A stretch of 64,000 bases of DNA, from NCBI GenBank assembly GCA_949299535.1, contig CASGAQ010000001.1, positions 133,471 through 197,470 of the forward strand. Direction: 5' to 3'. This DNA comes from an uncultured Eubacteriales bacterium (GTDB taxonomy: Bacteria > Bacillota > Clostridia > Oscillospirales > CAG-272). The position numbers were made by a program, and so were the translations under genes. Positions within the stretch are counted from its first letter, which is position 1; every line of letters begins with the position of its first letter. Of the stretch, positions 21,920 through 29,630 are shown one piece after another. Below the pieces are notes generated by a model. It did not search any database and was not told the DNA's origin. It saw nothing but the letters and a program-made list of their open reading frames with translations.

Positions 21920-22885
21920 ATGAAAAAAATAATATCTCTCGTTCTCACCTCCGCGCTTCTTGCGCTTATGCTCTTATCCTTTGCATCCTGCTCCTCCGAC
22001 GATAAACCTACCATAGGAATCATACAATTCGGTTCGCACGGCTCGCTCAATAACTGCTATGACGGCATCATGCAGGGACTTGAAGAAATGGGAATTACCG
22101 AAGAAGAATACAACATAGAATATGTAAACAGCAATTTTGACTCAAGCGTTTCTCAGTCGCAGGCGAATACATTTGCAAATAAAAAAGCCGCCGTTATCAT
22201 CGCCATAGCAACTCCCTCCGCAGTTGCCGCCGCAACGGCTTCCGACGGCGCTATTCCCGTTGTTTACTGTGCGGTAACGGATTCTTCGGTCATGGATAAT
22301 TATGAAAACATAACAGGTTCTTCCGATATTCCCGATTTCGACAAACAACTCGAGGTAGTAACGGCATTTATGGGAAAAACCGATATCAAAATAGGCGTGC
22401 TTTACTCCACGGAGGAATCAAGCTCTCCTGTGCAGATTGCAAATCTTAAAGACGCGGCTCAAAAATACGAAGGTATGGAAATAATCGACAGCGCCGTTTC
22501 CGACATCACCACTATCGATTCAAAAACAAACGAGCTTATCGACCGCGGAGTCGACTGCTTTGTAAATCTTCTCGACAACACTATCGTCGGCAAGCTTGAA
22601 ACAAACATTCTTCCCATAACGAACGAAAAAAACATTCCCGTTTTCGGCTCTGAGATAGAGCAGGTCAAGGTAGGATGTGCGGCAAGCGCTTCCATAGATT
22701 ATATAGCCGTGGGAAAATCTGCCGGAACGGCGGCAGCTAAGATACTCGGCGGCGCTTCTGCCGATGATATTCCCGTCGCGGTCATCACCGATCCCACGGT
22801 CTACTACAACAGCGATGTTTGCAAGGCTCTTGGAATGACCGTTCCTTCGGATATCGCGGCGACAGATACAAAGACGCTTTCTTAA
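21920..22885 (+). CDS. ABC transporter substrate-binding lipoprotein (COG2984 / ABC_sub_bind family, TrpX-like)
   Basis: Lipobox LLSFASC|SS. IGIIQFGSH...IATPSAVAA...IPVVYCAVTD pattern of the family. Confidence 0.85.
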   Translation: MKKIISLVLTSALLALMLLSFASCSSDDKPTIGIIQFGSHGSLNNCYDGIMQGLEEMGITEEEYNIEYVNSNFDSSVSQSQANTFANKKAAVIIAIATPSAVAAATASDGAIPVVYCAVTDSSVMDNYENITGSSDIPDFDKQLEVVTAFMGKTDIKIGVLYSTEESSSPVQIANLKDAAQKYEGMEIIDSAVSDITTIDSKTNELIDRGVDCFVNLLDNTIVGKLETNILPITNEKNIPVFGSEIEQVKVGCAASASIDYIAVGKSAGTAAAKILGGASADDIPVAVITDPTVYYNSDVCKALGMTVPSDIAATDTKTLS

Positions 22886-22897
22886 AAGGTTAGATTA

Positions 22898-22997
22898 GCT
22901 GACAAAGATAATGGGCGGCAAAATGACGGAAAGTTTTCGTCCGCCTTTTTCAAAAGGCGGCGCGGTCGAGAGTCATAACCCTCGTTGCCGCCCGCAG
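22898..22997 (+). repeat. ~100-nt interspersed repeat, copy 2
   Basis: See copy 1. It lies in the spacer between the binding-protein and permease genes. Confidence 0.85.
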
Positions 22998-23037
22998 ACT
23001 GTTATTTATAATAAAAAATCATATAGAAGGTTTTGCC

Positions 23038-23994
23038 ATGTCTTTATTTTTCGGTACGACGATAGACGGACTGCAGATGGGACTTTGCTTTGCGGTCATT
23101 GCTCTGGGCGTCTATATCTCATATTCAATACTCGATTTTCCCGATCTCTCGGTCGACGGCACGTTTCCGCTTGGCGGCGTTGTCAGCACTGTCATTATGC
23201 TCAGGCTGGGAGTTCCGCCTCTTGCGGCAATATTCCTCTCTTTTTTTGCCGGCGTGATTGCGGGCACCGTCACGGGTATCCTTCATGTTAAGTTCAAGAT
23301 ATCAAATCTGCTGTCGGGCATAATAGTGATGACGGCGCTTCTTTCCGTGAATTTGGCCCTTACGAAGCTGCTTACGAAAACAGGATATACTACGACAATA
23401 TTTTCCTACAGAAGTGAGGATTTGAAGGGAATTTTCAACGGCGGCTTTGCAGAGCTTTTCGGAAGAGAATACCGAGATTATGTCGTTATAGCCATGCTTC
23501 TTGTTATCGTTGTTGCCATAAAACTTGCTATCGACATTTTTCTCAAAACAAAAGCCGGATATATGCTCCGCGCGACCGGCGACAACGAGCGCGTTGCGGT
23601 GACTTTGGCAAAAAACGCCGGAAACTATAAGATATTCGGTCTTGCGCTTGCAAACGGATTTGTCGCAATGTCAGGCGCGATATACTCTCAGCTTTTCATG
23701 TCTTACGACAACAATTCAGGTACCGGCAAGGCGGTTCTTGCACTTGCCTCCGTTATAATAGGAACCGCAGTATTTTCAAATATAAAATTTTTGAAAGATA
23801 CGACAACCGTCATCATCGGCGCCATAATTTATTCGCTTTGCCTTAATTATCTTGTGCTTGCAGACAAAGACGGCGTATACCTTAAACTGATGAACGCGGT
23901 TCTGTTCGCGCTTATATTGATATTTAACAGAAAGATATCCGATTTTATCCGCAAGCGCTCCGCGGCAAGAGGAGGTAAAAAAGATCATGCTTGA
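23038..23994 (+). CDS. ABC transporter permease (COG4120-type)
   Basis: 318 aa polytopic membrane protein. N-terminal GLQMGLCFAVIALGVYISY...FPDLSVDGTFPLGG is typical of this family. Confidence 0.85.
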   Translation: MSLFFGTTIDGLQMGLCFAVIALGVYISYSILDFPDLSVDGTFPLGGVVSTVIMLRLGVPPLAAIFLSFFAGVIAGTVTGILHVKFKISNLLSGIIVMTALLSVNLALTKLLTKTGYTTTIFSYRSEDLKGIFNGGFAELFGREYRDYVVIAMLLVIVVAIKLAIDIFLKTKAGYMLRATGDNERVAVTLAKNAGNYKIFGLALANGFVAMSGAIYSQLFMSYDNNSGTGKAVLALASVIIGTAVFSNIKFLKDTTTVIIGAIIYSLCLNYLVLADKDGVYLKLMNAVLFALILIFNRKISDFIRKRSAARGGKKDHA

Positions 23995-24760
23995 ACTTCG
24001 CAATATAAAGAAGGTGTTCGGACTCGGAACGGTAAACGAGACGGTACTTTTTGACGGCTTTTCTCTTGATGTGAAGAAGGGAGAATTTCTTTCCGTCGTA
24101 GGCTCAAACGGCAGCGGAAAAACCACAATGCTTAATCTTATCTGCGGCTCTTTGCCGCTTGACGGCGGAAAGATAATCGTCGGCGGCAGAGATATAACCG
24201 CTTTCCCCGAATACAAGCGGTATAAGACTATCGGCAGGGTTTACCAAGACCCCGCCATGGGCACTTGCCCTCATCTTACCATTGCCGAAAACATGGCGCT
24301 TGCCGAACAAAAGGGCGTGCGCTCCGGTTTCGGATTTGGCGTGAATAAAAAGAGAATCTCTTTTTATCGTGAATTGCTCGCTCCGCTGTGTCTGGGGCTT
24401 GAGGACAAGATGGATGTCAAAGTGGGCTTGCTTTCGGGAGGTCAACGTCAGGCTATGGCGCTCATCATGGCTACGATGACGCCGATAGATATACTTATCC
24501 TCGACGAACACACGGCGGCTCTTGACCCGAAAACGGCGGAGATAATAATGCATCTTACAGATGAAGTCGTAAAGAGCAAAGAGCTTACCTCTGTTATGGT
24601 GACGCACAATCTTCGCTTTGCCGCGGAATACGGAAACCGCCTGCTTATGATGCACAACGGACACGCCGTGCTTGACATAGCCGGAGAGGACAAAGCAAAA
24701 ACCAAAGTGGAGGACTTGCTCGGGCTGTTCAACGAGATAAGCGTTGAATGCGGCAACTGA
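23987..24760 (+). CDS. ABC transporter ATP-binding protein (COG1101-type)
   Basis: Walker A GSNGSGKTT, signature LSGGQRQ, Walker B ILILDEHTAALD. Overlaps the permease stop. Confidence 0.9.
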   Translation: MLELRNIKKVFGLGTVNETVLFDGFSLDVKKGEFLSVVGSNGSGKTTMLNLICGSLPLDGGKIIVGGRDITAFPEYKRYKTIGRVYQDPAMGTCPHLTIAENMALAEQKGVRSGFGFGVNKKRISFYRELLAPLCLGLEDKMDVKVGLLSGGQRQAMALIMATMTPIDILILDEHTAALDPKTAEIIMHLTDEVVKSKELTSVMVTHNLRFAAEYGNRLLMMHNGHAVLDIAGEDKAKTKVEDLLGLFNEISVECGN

Positions 24761-24808
24761 AACGACTGTTATATTATGCAAAAAATCTGTATTTTTTCGT
24801 TTAAAATA

Positions 24809-24837
24809 TTGACATGATATTTGCAAGCGTGTATAAT
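24809..24837 (+). promoter_or_regulatory. Consensus sigma-A promoter of the aro cluster leader
   Basis: TTGACA (24809-24814), 17 nt, TATAAT (24832-24837). Confidence 0.65.
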
Positions 24838-24882
24838 TAAACAAAAAGCGGATAAATCCCGCGCAAGGAGGACGATGTAATA

Positions 24883-24939
24883 ATGAAAAAGATGTACTAT
24901 TCTTATTTTCGATTTTATTATTACGCTGCGTCTTTGTGA
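24883..24939 (+). CDS. Candidate aromatic amino acid leader peptide (18 aa: MKKMYYSYFRFYYYAASL)
   Basis: Hand-translated ORF. AGGAGG (24866-24871) lies 11 nt upstream. Codons 5-14 hold 6 Tyr and 2 Phe. Alternative hairpins and a terminator follow. Confidence 0.55.
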   Translation: MKKMYYSYFRFYYYAASL

Positions 24940-25030
24940 GGGCAGTCTGTTTTCCGCATAGTTTTTTTGATTTACAGAAAAGACGAATTGTGCCGCAGAA
25001 TGCCACGGGTTTTTTGCGGCGCTCTTTTTT

Positions 25031-25070
25031 CGCAGAGTTGCCGCAAAAAGGCACTCTGCGTTTTTTGTTT
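25031..25070 (+). terminator. Intrinsic terminator of the aro leader (attenuator terminator)
   Basis: cgcagagt(t)gcc (25031-25042) / ggcactctgcg (25050-25060), 11 bp with one bulge, followed by ttttttgttt. It ends 36 nt before the aminotransferase ATG. Confidence 0.8.
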
Positions 25071-25105
25071 CTGATTTTTTATTTTTAACGGGAGATATTG
25101 ATATA

Positions 25106-26296
25106 ATGATTTCTGAAAAAATGCTTGAGCTTGGAAGAAAAAGCTCGGCTATACGAGAAATATTCGAGTACGGCAGAAAGAGAAAGGCTCAGATAGGCGA
25201 AGAAAACGTTTTTGATTTCAGCCTGGGCAATCCCAGCGTTTGCCCGCCTGCCGTCGTAGGCGAAACGATAAAAAAAATTGTCGATGAGCTTGATCCGACA
25301 GAGCTTCACGGATATACTTCTGCCCCCGGCGACCTTGCAACGCGCAGCGCAGTTGCCAATTATCTTGCGGAGAAATACGGCACGGACGATACGGCTGATA
25401 ATATATATATGACGGTTGGCGCGGCGGCTTCGCTTACAATAAGCCTTAAAGCCGTCATATGCGACGGCGACGAGGTGATAGTTTTGGCGCCGTTTTTCCC
25501 CGAATACCGCGTTTTTGCGGAGAGCGCGGGCGCGAAACTCGTTGTCGTGCCTTGCCGCGAAGGAGATTTTCAGCTCGACGCCGACGCACTTTCTAAAGCT
25601 GTAAACAAGAACACGAAAGCCGTTATCTTAAATTCGCCCAATAATCCCACCGGCGCGGTTTTTTCCGAAGCAAGCATAAAAACTCTTGCCAAAATCCTTT
25701 CGGAAAAGGAAGCTGAGTTTTCCCATACGATATATATAATTTCCGATGAGCCTTACCGCGAGCTTGTATACGGAGATGTGAAAGTTCCTTATACGGCAAA
25801 TTATTATGACGATACTATATCCTGCTACTCTTTCAGCAAATCGCTGTCGCTCCCCGGAGAGCGCATAGGATATATATGCGTTTCCAAAAAATGCGGCGAT
25901 TGGAAAGACATTTTCTTCGCCGTATGCGGAGCGGGACGCGCGCTCGGTTTTGTCTGTGCCCCCAGTCTTATGCAGAAGATTATCCCCGCTTGTCTGGGAA
26001 AAACGTCGGACATCGCCGTTTATGACACAAACCGAAGGATACTTTACAAAGAGCTTACGGATTACGGATACGAGTGTGTAAAACCGGACGGAGCTTTTTA
26101 TATGTTTGTAAAAGCGCTCGAACCGGACGCGGCGGCGTTCTGCGAAAAAGCAAAAAAACACGAACTTCTGCTTGTCCCGTCGGATTCTTTCGGCGCGGAG
26201 GGGTATGTGAGAATATCGTACTGCGTTACGACGGAGCAGATAATGCGCTCGCTTCCGGCTTTTAAGGCGCTTGCGGAAGATTACGGCAAAATTTAA
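25106..26296 (+). CDS. Class I/II pyridoxal-phosphate aminotransferase (aspartate/aromatic type)
   Basis: 396 aa with NSPNNPTG and SFSKSLSLPGERIGY (PLP-lysine) motifs. First gene of the aro cluster. Confidence 0.85.
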   Translation: MISEKMLELGRKSSAIREIFEYGRKRKAQIGEENVFDFSLGNPSVCPPAVVGETIKKIVDELDPTELHGYTSAPGDLATRSAVANYLAEKYGTDDTADNIYMTVGAAASLTISLKAVICDGDEVIVLAPFFPEYRVFAESAGAKLVVVPCREGDFQLDADALSKAVNKNTKAVILNSPNNPTGAVFSEASIKTLAKILSEKEAEFSHTIYIISDEPYRELVYGDVKVPYTANYYDDTISCYSFSKSLSLPGERIGYICVSKKCGDWKDIFFAVCGAGRALGFVCAPSLMQKIIPACLGKTSDIAVYDTNRRILYKELTDYGYECVKPDGAFYMFVKALEPDAAAFCEKAKKHELLLVPSDSFGAEGYVRISYCVTTEQIMRSLPAFKALAEDYGKI

Positions 26297-26313
26297 AAAA
26301 TACGGAGAATAAC

Positions 26314-27396
26314 ATGGACGAACTTGAAAAAGCCAGAATGGAAATAAATGAGGCGGACAAGGGAATTGCGGAACTGTTCTGCAAGAGAATGAACGCGGTG
26401 CGCGCCGTTGCCGAATATAAGAAAAAGAGAGGACTTCCCGTGCTCGACGCAGAGCGCGAAGCGGCGGTGATAGCAAAAAACAGCCGCCTTGTTGAGGACG
26501 AGGAACTTCGTTCGTATTACGTAAATTATCTTAAATACACTATGGAGCTTTCCCGCGCTTATCAGCATAAGCTGATAAGCGGTGCAAGGATAGCATACAG
26601 CGGAATCCCCGGTGCTTTCGCATCGCTTGCCGCGGCAAAACTTTTTCCTGACGGAGAGCATGTGGCATATCCGGATTTCGAGGCTGCTTACAACGCCGTC
26701 GTAAACGGCGAATGCGACAGCGTCGTTCTTCCTATTGAAAACAGCTACGCAGGGGAAGTGGGGCAGGTAATGGATCTTATCTTTTTCGGCTCGCTTTATA
26801 TAAATAACGTCATGGGACTTGCGGTGACGCAAAATCTGCTCGGTGTTCCCGGAAGCAGGCTTGAGGATATAAAGCGTGCCGTAAGCCACCCTCAGGCGCT
26901 TGAACAGTCGGCGGTATATCTTCGCAGCCGCGGAATAGTTCCCGTTTCATTTTCCAATACGGCTTTGGCGGCAAAACATGTTGCGGAGCTTGCGGACAAA
27001 ACGACGGCGGCTGTCGCGGGCGATGAAGCCGCGAATATATACGGGCTTACGGTTCTTGCCCACGGTATAAACGAAAACCATATGAACACGACAAGATTTG
27101 CTACCCTCTCACGCGTGGAGAACAAGCGCACGGGAAGACCGGACGATAATTTCATGCTTGTTTTCACGGTCAAAAACGAAGCGGGAGCGCTTGCCAAAGC
27201 AATGGATATTATCGGAAAGCACAGGTATAACATGCGCGGACTCCACTCCCGTCCGATGAAGGAGCTTATGTGGCAGTATTACTTCTATCTTGAAGCGGAA
27301 GGCGATGTTCGCAACGCAAACGGCGACGAGATGATGAACGAGCTTTGCGACGTCTGCGACAGACTCAAGCTTGTAGGCTCATATACCGTAAAATAA
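26314..27396 (+). CDS. pheA: Bifunctional chorismate mutase / prephenate dehydratase
   Basis: N-terminal AroQ-type CM helix region (R.EI...D..I..L...R), PDT domain (IAYSGIPGAFAS...ENSYAGEV...TRF), and a C-terminal ACT region. Confidence 0.88.
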   Translation: MDELEKARMEINEADKGIAELFCKRMNAVRAVAEYKKKRGLPVLDAEREAAVIAKNSRLVEDEELRSYYVNYLKYTMELSRAYQHKLISGARIAYSGIPGAFASLAAAKLFPDGEHVAYPDFEAAYNAVVNGECDSVVLPIENSYAGEVGQVMDLIFFGSLYINNVMGLAVTQNLLGVPGSRLEDIKRAVSHPQALEQSAVYLRSRGIVPVSFSNTALAAKHVAELADKTTAAVAGDEAANIYGLTVLAHGINENHMNTTRFATLSRVENKRTGRPDDNFMLVFTVKNEAGALAKAMDIIGKHRYNMRGLHSRPMKELMWQYYFYLEAEGDVRNANGDEMMNELCDVCDRLKLVGSYTVK

Positions 27397-27450
27397 TGCG
27401 AACAAAAAGCAAAAACGGCTTATTCGTGCCGTTTCGGAAAGGATATTTAT

Positions 27451-28470
27451 ATGACGATAAATGTTGAGCTCGGAAAATCGAGCTATGATATAGAACTGAG
27501 CCGCGGCGCACTTTTCCGCGCCGGTGAGCTTATTCCCATGAACAGAAACGTTCTTGTGGTCACTGACAGCGGTGTGCCTTGCGAATATGCGGACACCGTC
27601 GCTTCCTTTGCAAAAAAAGCCGTCAAGGCGGTCGTGCCTCAGGGCGAGGCAAGCAAGAGCTTTGAGATGCTTGAATATCTGCTGGCGACTATGCTTGATG
27701 CAGGTTTTACCAGAAAAGACGCGGTCGTAGCCGTCGGGGGAGGTGTCGTGGGTGACCTTGCCGGATTTGCCGCCTCCATGTATATGAGAGGTATTGATTT
27801 TTACAATATCCCGACGACTTTGCTCTCTCAGTTGGATTCTTCCATAGGCGGCAAGACTGCTGTCGATTTTCACGGATATAAAAATATCATTGGCGCATTT
27901 TATCAGCCGAAAAAGGTCATAATCGACCCTGATGTGCTGAAAACTCTTCCACAGCGTCAGGTAGCGGCGGGCATGGCAGAGGCGATAAAGATGTCCGCTA
28001 CGTCAGATAAAGAGCTTTTTGAGGCTCTTGAGTCTGCGGACGATATTTACGCGGATATTGACAAGGTTATCGAACGCGCGCTTCTTATCAAAAAGCACGT
28101 CGTTGAGTGCGATGAAAAGGAGTCAGGGTTCCGCAAGATACTCAATTTCGGTCATACGTTCGGTCACGGGATAGAGAGCGTGTTCGGCGGTACAATGTAT
28201 CACGGAGAATGTGTGGCGCTCGGTATGCTGCCCATGTGCGAAGCTCAGGTAAGAGAAAGACTTGTAAAAGTTCTGAAGAAAGCAGGGCTTGCGACAGAAC
28301 TTAAACTCTCCAGCGAAGAAATGAAAAAAGCTATGGAAGCAGTTTCACATGACAAAAAGAGCGCGGGAGACAGCATAGACGCCGTGCTTGTTAATGAAGT
28401 GGGAACATTTGAAATAAAGAAGCTGACTGCCGATGAAATAGAGGCAAGAGCGGTAAAGATATTCGCATAA
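27451..28470 (+). CDS. aroB: 3-dehydroquinate synthase
   Basis: GGGVVGDLAGFAA and LDSSIGGKTAVD motifs. Confidence 0.92.
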   Translation: MTINVELGKSSYDIELSRGALFRAGELIPMNRNVLVVTDSGVPCEYADTVASFAKKAVKAVVPQGEASKSFEMLEYLLATMLDAGFTRKDAVVAVGGGVVGDLAGFAASMYMRGIDFYNIPTTLLSQLDSSIGGKTAVDFHGYKNIIGAFYQPKKVIIDPDVLKTLPQRQVAAGMAEAIKMSATSDKELFEALESADDIYADIDKVIERALLIKKHVVECDEKESGFRKILNFGHTFGHGIESVFGGTMYHGECVALGMLPMCEAQVRERLVKVLKKAGLATELKLSSEEMKKAMEAVSHDKKSAGDSIDAVLVNEVGTFEIKKLTADEIEARAVKIFA

Positions 28471-28480
28471 GGAGAAGCCG

Positions 28481-29572
28481 ATGAAAAATACGTTTGGAAA
28501 TTCCGTAAGCATTACTGTTTTCGGAGAGAGTCACGGGCCGTTCATAGGCGCTGTGCTTGACGGACTAGCTCCCGGTATAGAGGTCGACGAGGACGCGGTG
28601 CGCCATGCGCTCACGCTCCGCAGACCGGCGGGAAGGATATCCACCGCAAGACAGGAGAAAGACGAATATATTATAGCCAGCGGCGTATTTGAGGGAAAGA
28701 CAACGGGCACGCCGATAACGATAATAATTCCCAATGCAGATACAAGAAGCAAGGATTATAAAAAAACTTACGGGCTTGCACGTCCCGGACACGCGGACTT
28801 TTCGGCTTACTGCAAATATCACGGCTTTGAAGATTACCGCGGCGGAGGTCATTTTTCCGGCAGAATAACGGCTTCGCTTGTTGCGGCAGGCGCCATTGCG
28901 CGAACTGCGCTTGAAAAAAAAGGCGTTTACATTGGCACGCATATAAAAGAGCTTGCCGGCATAGCGGACCGCCCTTTCGGAGAATACAGGGAAGATATAG
29001 ACGAGCTTTATTCCAAAGTATTTCCCGTACTGTCGGCAGAGGCGGAAAACGCAATGAAAGCCGAGATAGAAAAAGCTGCTTTTGAAGGAGACAGCGTCGG
29101 CGGAATGCTTGAAACCGTTATAATAGGCATGCCTGCGGGCGTCGGCGAGCCGTATTTCGATTCGCTCGAAAGCGTGATATCGCATATGATGTTCTCCGTT
29201 CCCGGAGTCAAAGGCGTGCTTTTCGGCGCGGGTACGGATTTTGCCGTAATGCGGGGAAGCGCGGCTAATGACGCTTTCGGGGTGAAAGACGGCAAGATCT
29301 GCACGCTCACGAACAATAACGGCGGGGTGAACGGCGGGATTACAAACGGCGCTGCCGTAATGTTCACCACGGTTGTAAAACCTACGCCCTCCATCTACAA
29401 AAGACAAAAGACAGTAGACTTTTTAAAGTCAGAGGAAACAGATATTTCCATAGAGGGGCGCCATGACCCATGCATAGTTCACCGCGCGAGAATAGTTGCG
29501 GACAGTCTTGCGGCCGTTGCGCTATGCGATATGCTCGCGCAGAGATACGGCACGGATTATCTTGCGCCATGA
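28481..29572 (+). CDS. aroC: Chorismate synthase
   Basis: FGESHG, RPGHADF and GRHDPC motifs. Confidence 0.95.
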   Translation: MKNTFGNSVSITVFGESHGPFIGAVLDGLAPGIEVDEDAVRHALTLRRPAGRISTARQEKDEYIIASGVFEGKTTGTPITIIIPNADTRSKDYKKTYGLARPGHADFSAYCKYHGFEDYRGGGHFSGRITASLVAAGAIARTALEKKGVYIGTHIKELAGIADRPFGEYREDIDELYSKVFPVLSAEAENAMKAEIEKAAFEGDSVGGMLETVIIGMPAGVGEPYFDSLESVISHMMFSVPGVKGVLFGAGTDFAVMRGSAANDAFGVKDGKICTLTNNNGGVNGGITNGAAVMFTTVVKPTPSIYKRQKTVDFLKSEETDISIEGRHDPCIVHRARIVADSLAAVALCDMLAQRYGTDYLAP

Positions 29573-29630
29573 CGGAATAATATATAAAGAAATTCAAACA
29601 AACATATCCGCAAAATTTAAGGAGAGAAAA

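Noticed and set aside
24875-24880. Minimal start-stop ORF ATG-TAA immediately after the AGGAGG of the aro leader
   Set aside because: The ATG is only 3 nt from the SD core, which is too close for efficient initiation. The ATG at 24883 (11-nt spacing) opening the Tyr/Phe-rich ORF is the more plausible start. The overlap is noted but not called.
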